DNA of 64,000 nucleotides, from the NCBI GenBank assembly GCA_017408395.1, contig JAFQUQ010000026.1, positions 41,656 through 105,655 on the forward strand, written 5' to 3'. This DNA is from Oscillospiraceae bacterium (GTDB lineage Bacteria; Bacillota; Clostridia; Oscillospirales; Ruminococcaceae). The notes under the pieces are model-generated. The model ran no database searches. It was not told the DNA's origin and saw nothing but the letters and a program-made list of their open reading frames with translations. Below, one piece after another: positions 1 to 8,574 of this stretch (positions are counted from its first letter, which is position 1; each line of letters starts with the position of its first letter). A program made the translations under genes and the position numbers.

Positions 1-1
1 C

Positions 2-604
2 GCTGATGTTATGATTACAAATCTCAGTTCAAGAACAGCTATAAATCCATACGCCCCCCTTGAAGAAGCAGGCACCGATATTGTTTACATACCACGCTCA
101 GAATCCATATCGTCAATAAAGCTTGACATTGAGTTTCTTGCCGCTTATACAGGCACCGAGAAAAAAGGGGCTGAGCTTATTTCCGAAATCGACGACGTGC
201 TCAACACGCTTCATATGAATGCCGCAGGTGCAGTTCCGTCAAGAACGGTTTATTACGAACTTTCCGCATATCCTGAGCTTGGAAGCTGCGGCAGCGACAC
301 ATTTATAAACGAAATTCTCGAATTCATCGACGCAAAGAATATTTACTCCGCCGAAACTGGCTATATCGCAAACGACGCCGATACCGTAATTGCCGCAAAT
401 CCCGATGTCATTATTTCAGACGTACACACCGCAGATTACGACTGCTCCGAAATTTTACAGCGTGAAGGCTGGGGCGAAGTAAGAGCTGTTGTAAACGGCA
501 GAATTTTCCCCACAAGCATCAGACTCCGCCCTACTCACAAAATCGCAGACAGCATCGTTGAGCTTGCAAAGCTTATCTACCCCGAAGTTTATTCAAGAAT
601 ATAA
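2..604 (+). CDS. ABC transporter substrate-binding protein, C-terminal part (siderophore/cobalamin-type periplasmic binding fold); 5' end lies outside the window
   Basis: The frame is open from the window edge. Motifs such as NPDVIISD and GWGEVRAVVNGRIF are typical of FecB/BtuF-like binding proteins. A hairpin terminator follows. Confidence 0.7.
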   Translation, partial: ADVMITNLSSRTAINPYAPLEEAGTDIVYIPRSESISSIKLDIEFLAAYTGTEKKGAELISEIDDVLNTLHMNAAGAVPSRTVYYELSAYPELGSCGSDTFINEILEFIDAKNIYSAETGYIANDADTVIAANPDVIISDVHTADYDCSEILQREGWGEVRAVVNGRIFPTSIRLRPTHKIADSIVELAKLIYPEVYSRI

Positions 605-607
605 ACT

Positions 608-645
608 AAAAGTCACTTTTGAAACTCATCAAAAGTGACTTTTTA
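608..645. terminator. Bidirectional intrinsic terminator between convergent genes
   Basis: AAAAGTCACTTTTGA / TCAAAAGTGACTTTT forms a 15-bp stem with a 6-nt loop. A/T runs lie on both sides. Confidence 0.75.
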
Positions 646-648
646 TTT

Positions 649-1653
649 CTATTTTGCAGCCTTCTGTGCCGCCCTCTCACGTTTTTCCCTAAGACGCTTT
701 CTTTTGCGGCGGCGGTTCTTTACTCTGGAAACATAATACATTTCCTTGAGCTTTTCCATCGAATCCTTATAAGATACCGAACGGATAGTCGGGTAAGCCT
801 TGATAAGTCGCTCAATCTGACGGTCACGTATATTTATAAGGCTTTCATATTTTTCCTTAAGCTCCTGATATGCCTTTGTTTCCTTGAAATCAATAACGGG
901 TATGCTTTCTTTAAGCTCCTCGTACTTTTCTTTAAGCTCAGTAACAGGCTTGCTTTCCTTAAGCTCCTCATACTTTTCCTTAAGCTCGGTGACAGGCTTG
1001 CTTTCCTTAAGCTTGTCGTATTTTTCCATTATTTCATTGGTTTCCGTTGCAAGGTTCTCGCCGATTTTTACAGAGCCTTTAAGCATAAGATTTGAAATTT
1101 CATCAATCTGTTTAAGGCGGTTATTCATATGGTTTACCGCGCTTATGGACGATATGAGATCTATCACGATAAGCACAGACATTATTACAATAATAACCAA
1201 TCCCACGGTCTGCGGAAGTATACCGACGTATTTTTCCACAAGCGGATGAACAAATCTTACTACTGTCGCACATCCGAGTCCCCATAATATAGAAACTTTA
1301 AGGCATATATATCCCTTGAAATTAAATCTTTCATGAGAATAATCCCACCATCTCGTATGGAACATCTTTTCCATCCCAAGTCCTACCATCAACTCAAACA
1401 GCGTGCACAGGGCACCCGTTGACAGGAAAAGCAGGAAAAAGTCGTTTTCTATCGGGCGGAAAAATACCACTACCATCAGAACACCGAAGCCGTATATCGG
1501 ACAGATAGGCATACTCAAAAAGCCTCTGTTCTGGTACTCCCCCGTCTCAATGGTCATATAGCATACCTCTACGCACCAGCCGATAAATGACCATATACAG
1601 AAAATGTGGAACATCTCATACAGACTGTAATCAAAAAACGGTAAAACATTCAT
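649..1653 (-). CDS. Polytopic membrane protein of the 'putative ABC-transporter type IV' (DUF1113-like) family, with a repeat-containing coiled-coil tail and a basic C-terminus
   Basis: The N-terminus FCIWSFIGWCVEVCY...PICPIYGFGVLMV matches my memory of PF06541-type proteins. The C-terminus has KESKPVTELKEKYEEL repeats and an RRRKRKRLREKRER tail. A consensus promoter lies upstream. Confidence 0.75.
   Translation of the reverse strand: MNVLPFFDYSLYEMFHIFCIWSFIGWCVEVCYMTIETGEYQNRGFLSMPICPIYGFGVLMVVVFFRPIENDFFLLFLSTGALCTLFELMVGLGMEKMFHTRWWDYSHERFNFKGYICLKVSILWGLGCATVVRFVHPLVEKYVGILPQTVGLVIIVIMSVLIVIDLISSISAVNHMNNRLKQIDEISNLMLKGSVKIGENLATETNEIMEKYDKLKESKPVTELKEKYEELKESKPVTELKEKYEELKESIPVIDFKETKAYQELKEKYESLINIRDRQIERLIKAYPTIRSVSYKDSMEKLKEMYYVSRVKNRRRKRKRLREKRERAAQKAAK
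857..1027 (-). repeat. In-frame 48-bp tandem repeat (two full copies at 905-952 and 953-1000, plus degenerate flanking copies) encoding 16-aa K/E-rich heptad-like units
   Basis: Direct reading: ctttc(t/c)ttaagctcctc(g/a)tacttttc(t/c)ttaagctc(a/g)gt(a/g)acaggcttg occurs twice, followed by a partial third copy. Confidence 0.85.
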
Positions 1654-1704
1654 TTTATTTTTTCCTCAGAATTACAGGTATATGACTTTAAAACTATAAT
1701 AGAT

Positions 1705-1733
1705 ATTATACAGCGTATAGTATCTGTTGTCAA
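1705..1733 (-). promoter_or_regulatory. Sigma-A type promoter for the 649-1653 gene
   Basis: On the minus strand: TTGACA, 17 nt, TATAAT. Confidence 0.6.
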
Positions 1734-1791
1734 CATTTTTTTAGCCTGAGCCAATATTTTTTACCGTTTTCACATATTTTAAAAAATAGAC

Positions 1792-1820
1792 TTGCATTTT
1801 TTTTATACACGTGATATAAT
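1792..1820 (+). promoter_or_regulatory. Sigma-A type promoter for tRNA-Ser
   Basis: TTGCAT, 17 nt, TATAAT, with an extended -10 TG (TGaTATAAT). It ends 19 nt before the tRNA 5' end. Confidence 0.65.
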
Positions 1821-1839
1821 GTTATTCGTTAAATCATTG

Positions 1840-1928
1840 GGAGACGTATCGAAGTGGTCATAACGGGGCTGACTCGAAATCAGTTAGGGAGTGATCCCCC
1901 GCGAGTTCGAATCTCGCCGTCTCCGCCA
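1840..1928 (+). tRNA. tRNA-Ser, anticodon CGA, with a long variable arm and an encoded CCA
   Basis: The acceptor stem GGAGACG/CGTCTCC is followed by a discriminator G and CCA. The anticodon loop is CT-CGA-AA. A long extra arm and a GTTCGAATC T-loop are present. Confidence 0.93.
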
Positions 1929-1930
1929 GA

Positions 1931-1962
1931 AAAAGCACTTGCGAAAGCAGGTGCTTTTTTAT
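1931..1962 (+). terminator. Intrinsic terminator after tRNA-Ser
   Basis: GCACTTGC-gaaa-GCAGGTGC is followed by TTTTTT. Confidence 0.75.
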
Positions 1963-1978
1963 TTAAACAATAATAAAA

Positions 1979-2008
1979 GGTTGTGTACAAACCGATTTGT
2001 ACACAACC
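1979..2008. terminator. Bidirectional hairpin terminator (serves the minus-strand surface-protein gene)
   Basis: GGTTGTGTACAAA-ccga-TTTGTACACAACC is a perfect 13-bp stem, T-rich on both flanks. Confidence 0.75.
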
Positions 2009-2017
2009 TTGTTTTTA

Positions 2018-2737
2018 TTAATAGAATCTGCTTCTGTTCTTCTTGATTACGATGATTGTAACAACCACGCCTGCAACAACAATTACAGCTACAATGATGA
2101 TGATTACAAGTGTCATATTGAAGCCGCCTTCGGAAGCTTCTTCCTTTTCAGCCTTCGGAGCTGCTGTTGTTTCTGCCGCTGTTGTTTCAGCAGGTGCCGC
2201 TTCAGTTTCAGCAACTGTTGTTTCTGCTGCGGTAGTTTCTGCTGCTGTCGTTTCGAGAGCAGCCTTTACTGTGCAGTTTGTAACAGTAACCTTTGTAACC
2301 TTTGCACCAACCATTGTAGCACCAAGGCATACTGTATTTACGTCGCTGAGGTCTGCTTTACCGCCCATATCAGCATAGAATGCCACAATATCAGCATAGA
2401 CAAATCTTGCGGATGTTTCGTTGAACTCAACAGGTGAAATCTGGCACCAGATAGGGGGCTCTACGTCGTATCTCTGGAAAATAAGCTCAACAGGATGATA
2501 GCCGTTTTCAGGCATTGCACCTTCTTCTGTTTCATATTCTACAAGAATTTCAGTATCCTCTGTAAAAGAGCTGACACTGATTTCAGCACTTGTATAGCTG
2601 ATTGACTGTCCCCACGCAGGACTCATTTTCGCTCTTACTGTTGACATTTCCACATCTTCTGTTTCAGCAAAAGCGGTAATGCACATACATACCATTACTG
2701 TAACGGCAGCAGTGATCATTGAAATAAACTTCTTCAT
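2018..2737 (-). CDS. Secreted, C-terminally membrane-anchored surface protein with a T/A/E-rich repeat linker; function unknown
   Basis: The signal peptide is MKKFISMITAAVTVMVCMCITAFA. A roughly 140-aa globular domain is followed by an (AETTA)n linker and a hydrophobic anchor ending KKNRSRFY. AAGGAG lies 7 nt before the ATG at 2737. The ORF-track start at 2743 is an upstream TTG. Confidence 0.75.
   Translation of the reverse strand: MKKFISMITAAVTVMVCMCITAFAETEDVEMSTVRAKMSPAWGQSISYTSAEISVSSFTEDTEILVEYETEEGAMPENGYHPVELIFQRYDVEPPIWCQISPVEFNETSARFVYADIVAFYADMGGKADLSDVNTVCLGATMVGAKVTKVTVTNCTVKAALETTAAETTAAETTVAETEAAPAETTAAETTAAPKAEKEEASEGGFNMTLVIIIIVAVIVVAGVVVTIIVIKKNRSRFY
2157..2256 (-). repeat. 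Degenerate 15-bp in-frame repeats encoding the AETTA linker
   Basis: gctgctgttgtttct-like units recur about 6 times. Confidence 0.7.
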
Positions 2738-2771
2738 TTCCAAACTCCTTACAAATTATAACTATACATTT

Positions 2772-2800
2772 ATTTTATCCTATTTTACCCCTTATGTCAA
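2772..2800 (-). promoter_or_regulatory. Sigma-A type promoter for the surface-protein gene
   Basis: On the minus strand: TTGACA, 17 nt, TAAAAT. Confidence 0.55.
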
Positions 2801-2883
2801 GTTTAAACAACGCTTTTGTAACACCATACAAAACCCTGTCTAACTTAAAGGTTATCGCACAGCAAACTATGCCAAAACCACGT

Positions 2884-3645
2884 TTAATCCTGCTTTTGTG
2901 CTTTATCAGAGCAGGGCGTTTCTTTATCCTTAAAGCCCCAGCCGTCCAGACCCGAACGTCTTAAAGCACCGAAAAGACGGTCGGAAAAGCCCTTGTCTGC
3001 CCTGTCACGTTCTGCCAGTTCAAGCTTGATCTTTTCTCTGGAGGTGTGCTTGTCGGCAGGACACTTCGATTTTACTATTGGGAGATCATTTTTCCTTGCA
3101 GCTCTGGAAATCTCCTTTTCAGGTGCAAACACAAGCGGGCGTATCATTGTAATATCCTTGCGTGAAAGGTAGCTTTTGGGTGAAAAGCAACCCAGTCTGC
3201 CCTCAATGGTAAGATTCATTACAAAGGTTTCAACAACGTCGTTGTAGTTGTGACCGAGAGCGATTTTATTGCAGCCGTTGGCCTTCGCAGCATCGTGCAA
3301 AGCACCTCTTCTCATTCTTGCGCATAAACTGCACGGATTAGGCTCCTTACGCACATCAAACACTATCTCGCCGATGTGGGTATCTACCAGCACATATTCA
3401 ATTCCAAGCTCCCTGCACATTTCAGCAACAGGTCCGTAATCACCCGCCTCACCGCCGAAACGCGGGTCAAGGGTAATTGCAACCACTTCATAATCTATGC
3501 CGATAAAACGTCTCAGCAGCACCATTGCTTTAAGCAGGACAAGACTGTCCTTGCCGCCCGAAACTCCCACAGCAATACGGTCCCCGTCTTCAAGCAGGTC
3601 AAACTCCTGTACAGCTCTGCGTACATATCCGAGAATTTTCTGCAT
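2884..3645 (-). CDS. ttcA: TtcA-family PP-loop ATPase (tRNA 2-thiocytidine synthase-like)
   Basis: It has the SGGKDS PP-loop and the CSLCARMRRG and GHNYNDVVETF motifs. Length is 253 aa. Confidence 0.85.
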   Translation of the reverse strand: MQKILGYVRRAVQEFDLLEDGDRIAVGVSGGKDSLVLLKAMVLLRRFIGIDYEVVAITLDPRFGGEAGDYGPVAEMCRELGIEYVLVDTHIGEIVFDVRKEPNPCSLCARMRRGALHDAAKANGCNKIALGHNYNDVVETFVMNLTIEGRLGCFSPKSYLSRKDITMIRPLVFAPEKEISRAARKNDLPIVKSKCPADKHTSREKIKLELAERDRADKGFSDRLFGALRRSGLDGWGFKDKETPCSDKAQKQD

Positions 3646-3659
3646 AGGCTCTACCTCTG

Positions 3660-4790
3660 TTACTTGGTGATATTGCCATGTGAAAGCTCTGTAAGATAAG
3701 CGTTGATAAATCCGTCAAGGTCGCCGTCCATTACAGCGCCGATGTTGCCGTTTTCAAAGTTTGTACGGTGGTCCTTGGCAAGTGTGTAAGGCATAAATAC
3801 ATATGAACGTATCTGAGCGCCCCACGCAATTTCCTTCTGTACACCCTTGATGTCTTCGATTTTTTCAAGATGTTCTCTTTCCTTGATCTCAACAAGCTTT
3901 GACATAAGCATTTTCATAGCGTAGTCCTTGTTCTGGTACTGGCTGCGCTGAGTCTGACAGGAAACAACGATACCTGTCGGAATATGTGTAAGACGAACAG
4001 CGGAGGAGGTCTTGTTTACCTTCTGACCGCCTGCACCCGAAGCACGGTAAAAGTCGATTTCAAGGTCCTCAGGACGGATCTCGATATTTGTATCCGCCTC
4101 GCTCATTTCAGGCATAACTTCAAGTGAAGCAAATGAAGTGTGACGTCTTCCCGAACTGTCAAACGGAGATACACGAACAAGTCTGTGTACGCCTGTTTCC
4201 GACTTCATAAAGCCGTAGGCGTTAAGACCTTCAATAAGAATTGACGCAGACTTAAGACCTGCTTCATCACCGTCAAGATAGTCAAGTGTTGTAACCTTGA
4301 AGCCGTGTCTTTCAGCCCACATATTGTACATTCTGAAAAGCATCTGTGCCCAGTCCTGAGCCTCTGTTCCGCCTGCACCTGCGTGGAAGGTGAGAATAGC
4401 ATTCTTGCTGTCGTACTCGCCTGTAAGCAGAGTTGTAAGCTTCATAGACTCATACTCGGACTTGAAACGGTTAGCGTCCGACTTGATTTCGAGAACGACC
4501 TCGTCATCCTCCTCCGCACCCTCTTCAAGAGTAAGCTCGATCATTGTAATGGTATCCTCAAGCTTTCCGTTAAGCTTGTTGTAGCTGTCAACGGTAGCTT
4601 CGTTACGCTTGATTTTCTGCATAACCTTCTGAGAATTTTCCAGGTCGTCCCAGAAACCATCCTTGCCTGATTCAGCCTGAAGCTCCTCTGTTTCAGCTTT
4701 AAGCTTGTCAATATTCAGAATATTGTACAGCTCTTTCATATCCTTACGGCAGCCCTCAAGCTCAACCTTTAATTCTTCAAGTAATAACAT
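3660..4790 (-). CDS. prfB: Peptide chain release factor 2, encoded in one continuous frame
   Basis: It has the SPF tripeptide (VRVSPFDS) and the GGQ motif (SGAGGQKVNKTSSAVRLTH). AAGGAGA lies 6 nt before the ATG at 4790. The ORF-track start at 4823 is an upstream TTG. Confidence 0.93.
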   Translation of the reverse strand: MLLLEELKVELEGCRKDMKELYNILNIDKLKAETEELQAESGKDGFWDDLENSQKVMQKIKRNEATVDSYNKLNGKLEDTITMIELTLEEGAEEDDEVVLEIKSDANRFKSEYESMKLTTLLTGEYDSKNAILTFHAGAGGTEAQDWAQMLFRMYNMWAERHGFKVTTLDYLDGDEAGLKSASILIEGLNAYGFMKSETGVHRLVRVSPFDSSGRRHTSFASLEVMPEMSEADTNIEIRPEDLEIDFYRASGAGGQKVNKTSSAVRLTHIPTGIVVSCQTQRSQYQNKDYAMKMLMSKLVEIKEREHLEKIEDIKGVQKEIAWGAQIRSYVFMPYTLAKDHRTNFENGNIGAVMDGDLDGFINAYLTELSHGNITK

Positions 4791-4924
4791 AAACTGTCTC
4801 CTTTCAATGAAATAATCATCCAAAATAATATTATAGCATAAATATTCTGCCTTGAAAAGAGGAAAGTTATAACTTTTAATGAAAATTAAATAAACGGCAC
4901 CGCCGAAACGATACCATTTAAGAT

Positions 4925-5137
4925 TTAATCATCAAAGTAAAAGAGATCCTCGAATTTTTTTTCCAGCGCAATGCACAGGATAAGCGCAAGCTTTGCCGTC
5001 GGGCTGAACTGCCCCGTTTCTATGGAGCTTATGGTGTTTCGTGACACACCCACCATTTTTGCAAGCTCCGCCTGGGAAATTTTCTGCTCTGTACGTACTT
5101 CCTTGAGACGGTTTTTTAAAATTAAGCTGTCTTCCAT
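4925..5137 (-). CDS. XRE/Cro-family helix-turn-helix transcriptional regulator (70 aa)
   Basis: ISQAELAKMVGVSRNTISSIETG is the canonical HTH_3 motif. Confidence 0.9.
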   Translation of the reverse strand: MEDSLILKNRLKEVRTEQKISQAELAKMVGVSRNTISSIETGQFSPTAKLALILCIALEKKFEDLFYFDD

Positions 5138-5149
5138 ATGTTACCTCGC

Positions 5150-5485
5150 TTATAAAATTGTGCTTACCGCAAAAAACTTGTAAATTGTGTATCCTACCAT
5201 CAATAACGCTGAAATGCTGCATATAATTCCGCACACAAGAACTGATGTCTTTTTCAGTTTTATACCTTTGTATATGTACGAGCCAGCATTAAGAGAACAT
5301 ATCATCCCCCACAAACCAAAATTTGTCTTTCCACATATAAAAATTTCCGAAGCAAAAAGTACAAGACATATGGAAAACGCTGTTATTGCACCTACAAATT
5401 CAGCCTTCTTGTCAATCTCAAGTTCATATAAGTCCTTATCCTTGTTTTCCTGTCTGCTTTTTGCTAAAATTTCTTCCTTTGTCAT
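5150..5485 (-). CDS. Small 3-TM membrane protein, DUF6442-like, co-operonic with the XRE regulator
   Basis: The N-terminus MTKEEILAKSRQENKDKDLYE, followed by hydrophobic helices, matches the family usually found 5' of short XRE genes in Firmicutes. This identification is from memory. Confidence 0.7.
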   Translation of the reverse strand: MTKEEILAKSRQENKDKDLYELEIDKKAEFVGAITAFSICLVLFASEIFICGKTNFGLWGMICSLNAGSYIYKGIKLKKTSVLVCGIICSISALLMVGYTIYKFFAVSTIL

Positions 5486-5534
5486 AATCTTTTCCTCCGT
5501 ACTTTTTGTTTATCAATGTAAATTTCAATTGAAT

Positions 5535-5661
5535 ATCCCGCCAAGTTTTCTTGACATCTTCAGTATAGCGCCGCCAAGTACACTTGTCAATATTTTTTGC
5601 AAAGTTTGCTTGTCAAAACTCCGTTTTGCACAGTAAACTTGTCAGATAATGCAAAGTTTGC
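5535..5661 (-). promoter_or_regulatory. Cluster of repeated motifs (candidate XRE operators) over and upstream of the promoter
   Basis: CCGCCAAGT-n4-TTG(A/T)CA occurs twice. CTTGTCA occurs three times. The palindrome GCAAAGTTTGC occurs twice (5599-5609 and 5651-5661). Confidence 0.45.
5562..5590 (-). promoter_or_regulatory. Sigma-A type promoter for the DUF6442-like/XRE operon
   Basis: On the minus strand: TTGACA, 17 nt, TATACT. Confidence 0.6.
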
Positions 5662-5682
5662 TATGCAAAATAAACAACCTTG

Positions 5683-5715
5683 CAAAACAAAACCGCCCCG
5701 AATTGATCGGGACGG
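5683..5715 (-). terminator. Intrinsic terminator after the chemoreceptor gene
   Basis: On the minus strand: CCGTCCCGA-tcaat-TCGGGGCGG followed by TTTTGTTTTG. Confidence 0.7.
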
Positions 5716-5763
5716 CTTATACCATTTTTATTCTTCAACCAAAGCGTTTATGCTTTAAAACAT

Positions 5764-7701
5764 TTAAACCTTGAACTTTGCAACCTGTTCCATAAGGATA
5801 GCAGCCTGACCGCTGAGCTCTTCGCTTGATGCGGCACTTTCTTCTGCTGTTGCGGAATTCTGCTGTACAACCTCTGAAACCTGAGCAATACCGTCTGTAA
5901 TCTGACGGATAGCTTCAGCCTGGTCCTGTGAAGCTTCGGAAATCCTGTCAATAAGCTCGTTGGTCTTGTCTGTGTTGACAACAACCTCAGCCATTGATCT
6001 TTCAGTTTCATCTACGATAGTGCTTCCGTTTTCGATTGCTTCAATAGTCTCTCTGATGATAGCGGCTGTCTGCTTTGTAGCTTCGTCACTCTTTGTAGCA
6101 AGATTTCTTACTTCGTCAGCTACAACTGCAAAGCCCTTACCTGCCGCACCTGCTCTTGCAGCTTCAACAGCAGCATTGAGAGCGAGAATATTGGTCTGGA
6201 AAGCAATATCTTCGATAGTCTTGACGATTTTTTCAACACGGTCTGATTTTTCCTTGATGTCTGCCATAGCTTCACGCATCTTGACCATATCTTCAGCCTG
6301 ATCGTGAACCTTATTCTTTGTTTCAGCTGCAAAATTATTTGCATCCTCAGCATTAGCGGCAGTAGCTTCGATCTTTTCGGAAATATCATTGATAGTTGCG
6401 GAAAGCTCTTCAATAGCCGCAGCCTGTCTTGTTGTACCGTCAGCAAGAAGCTGTGAGCCGTTTGAAATCTGAACTGCACCGGAGTTTACTTCAGAAGCTG
6501 AAACGTTAAGATTTTCAACGACCTCACCTATCTGGCTCTGGATTGTAAGCATAGCTGTGTTGATTGCCGCAAAGTTGCCTGCATATTCAACCTGTGGAGG
6601 ATATGTAAAATCACCGTCAGCCATAGCAGCCATAACATCGTTCATATCACGGACGTACATTGAAAGTCTATGCTTGGTATTTTCAAGGATAAGGGCAAGG
6701 TCACCCACTTCGTTATTCGGAAATTTCTGTGTAAAGTCAGGAACATCAAGGTTACCGTTTGCCATTTCTTCGGCAAGTCCCTTTGTTGCATTAACAGGAA
6801 CTGCAATATATCTTGTGACGATAACCGCCATAAGAGCAATTGCAATTATACTTACCACAACACCGCAGATTACTGCAATAATACAGCATCTTGTAACAAG
6901 CGCATCGCTTTCCGTTGCGGCAATACCGCTGAATACAGCACCCATAAGGTTGCCGTCCTGGTCATACCAGGGCTCATAGCAGCAGAAATGTGAATGACCG
7001 AGAATATCAGCTCTGCCTTCATAAATTTCCTGATTATCCAGTACAGTAGCTCTTACCTTGTCGCTCATCTGTGTACCGACTGCTCTCTGACCTTCATCAT
7101 CAACAACCGTCGAAGAATAGCGGGTATCCCCAAGGAATACCGTAACCTCAGCATTAATAACGGACTTGATATTATCAACGTAATTTGTATCCGCAAAATC
7201 AACGCCTATTACAGAAACACCCACGGTTTCCTTAAGCATATTAAGTACAGGTACAGCATCGATATAGTATATGGAAGATTCATCGTAAATGTAGCCCCTG
7301 AACTCAGCGTCAAGATACTTGCTGTAATCAATGGTAGCTTTCATATTTTCGCTCTTCCATATTTCGGTACCGTCAGAAGAATAGAACACGCCGAAAATAG
7401 CCTCAGACTTGCTTGCCTGTGTGTAACTTGCTTCGATCTTCTTGGGCTTCTTCTGAGCAATGGCGTTTGTGAAGCCGTCATCATTTTCAACGAAGTCATA
7501 ATTGAGTACATTTGCTTCCTCACAAAGGTCATCAATTTCGCTGTGAAGAAGGTCTGCACCTACCTTGGCACGCTCTGAAAGGCTATTCTCGTTCATGCTG
7601 TTGAACTGAGAAGCACTGACAAATACGATCGCAGCCGCTGTAATCAGAATTAAAACCGTTACAATCAAAATAAGTGAACGACCTATTCTTGTCATAAACA
7701 T
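5764..7701 (-). CDS. Methyl-accepting chemotaxis protein with an extracellular dCache-type sensor, HAMP and MA signalling domains
   Basis: The domain order is N-terminal TM, a roughly 270-aa sensor, a second TM, HAMP, then the highly conserved hairpin [35 protein letters not shown]. The start is ambiguous among 7707 (GTG), 7701 and 7695 (ATG). Confidence 0.92.
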   Translation of the reverse strand: MFMTRIGRSLILIVTVLILITAAAIVFVSASQFNSMNENSLSERAKVGADLLHSEIDDLCEEANVLNYDFVENDDGFTNAIAQKKPKKIEASYTQASKSEAIFGVFYSSDGTEIWKSENMKATIDYSKYLDAEFRGYIYDESSIYYIDAVPVLNMLKETVGVSVIGVDFADTNYVDNIKSVINAEVTVFLGDTRYSSTVVDDEGQRAVGTQMSDKVRATVLDNQEIYEGRADILGHSHFCCYEPWYDQDGNLMGAVFSGIAATESDALVTRCCIIAVICGVVVSIIAIALMAVIVTRYIAVPVNATKGLAEEMANGNLDVPDFTQKFPNNEVGDLALILENTKHRLSMYVRDMNDVMAAMADGDFTYPPQVEYAGNFAAINTAMLTIQSQIGEVVENLNVSASEVNSGAVQISNGSQLLADGTTRQAAAIEELSATINDISEKIEATAANAEDANNFAAETKNKVHDQAEDMVKMREAMADIKEKSDRVEKIVKTIEDIAFQTNILALNAAVEAARAGAAGKGFAVVADEVRNLATKSDEATKQTAAIIRETIEAIENGSTIVDETERSMAEVVVNTDKTNELIDRISEASQDQAEAIRQITDGIAQVSEVVQQNSATAEESAASSEELSGQAAILMEQVAKFKV

Positions 7702-7865
7702 TACCACCCTTACCTATATTTTACAATAGAATACTCTATTTATATATTATTGTAATTGTATCACAAGATAAACAAAAAATCCAGTACTTTTACGAATTTT
7801 TTGTATTATTTACAATACCTTAATTTTTATTAATCGTAACGACACCTAAATAAATATTTTATTAA

Positions 7866-8516
7866 CTATTCTGGAAGTATACCTCTGTTTTTTGCATTTT
7901 CAAGCAAATTATGAAAATGGTCCCACAAATCATCGGAACCGTCCTTGATTTTTGAACAGCGTTTCTCAACCTGTTCAAAGTGAACGCCGTGTTCCTTCCA
8001 CGATATACCTTCTCTGGTGTAATTAAGCAGAAGCGGCTGAATTCTGTCCATTGAGTGTGCAAACTTTGCTTCGGGAGTCACGCATTCCTCAAACTCGTCC
8101 CAAAGACTGCGGTACTCCGCCTGCTGGTCGTCAGGGAGCAGTCCGAAAATCCTGTCTGCCGCCTTAAGCTCACGCTGACGCTTGGTTTTTGCACCTTCCT
8201 CATCATAACAGTAAGTGTCCCCTGCATCAATTTCAACCGCATCGTGAACAAGCACCATCTTCATCACCTTAAGCACATCGACAGGCTCATTGGAGTATTC
8301 TGCCAGAACAACCGCCGCAATTGCAAGAGAAAATGAGTGCTCTGCGTCATTTTCCTTTCTTGGCAGAGGCTTTCTCTCTTTAAAATTCCCCTCAAACTCA
8401 GCAGAGCCTGTCGGCAGGTCGTCACGGTAAATATAGGTCTGACGGTAAAGATTTTTAAGCTTATCAAGCTCAAGCAGAAATTCAAGCTGTTTAAGCATCC
8501 TCTCATTATTTTCCAT
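7866..8516 (-). CDS. HD-domain phosphohydrolase (YfbR-like 5'-deoxynucleotidase family)
   Basis: It has the H...HD...D motif set (AEHSFS, LVHDAVEIDAGD). AAGGAG lies 6 nt before the ATG at 8516. The longer ORF-track version (to 8765) overlaps metG and is rejected. Confidence 0.85.
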   Translation of the reverse strand: MENNERMLKQLEFLLELDKLKNLYRQTYIYRDDLPTGSAEFEGNFKERKPLPRKENDAEHSFSLAIAAVVLAEYSNEPVDVLKVMKMVLVHDAVEIDAGDTYCYDEEGAKTKRQRELKAADRIFGLLPDDQQAEYRSLWDEFEECVTPEAKFAHSMDRIQPLLLNYTREGISWKEHGVHFEQVEKRCSKIKDGSDDLWDHFHNLLENAKNRGILPE

Positions 8517-8574
8517 AATAATCTCCTTATACAGCAAAGGACGGATCAAACAACCCGTCCTTTGTAATGTTATT

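Noticed and set aside
619-1249. + strand ORFs 619-1095 and 884-1249, with repetitive Leu/Ser/Phe-rich products.
   Set aside because: They are the antisense reading of the 48-bp coding repeats of the minus-strand membrane protein gene. They have no independent signals.
857-2256. Tandem repeats checked as a possible CRISPR array or other non-coding repeat locus.
   Set aside because: The repeats are contiguous, with no spacers. They are in frame within ORFs and encode sensible coiled-coil or linker peptides. No repeat-spacer periodicity or cas genes appear anywhere in the window.
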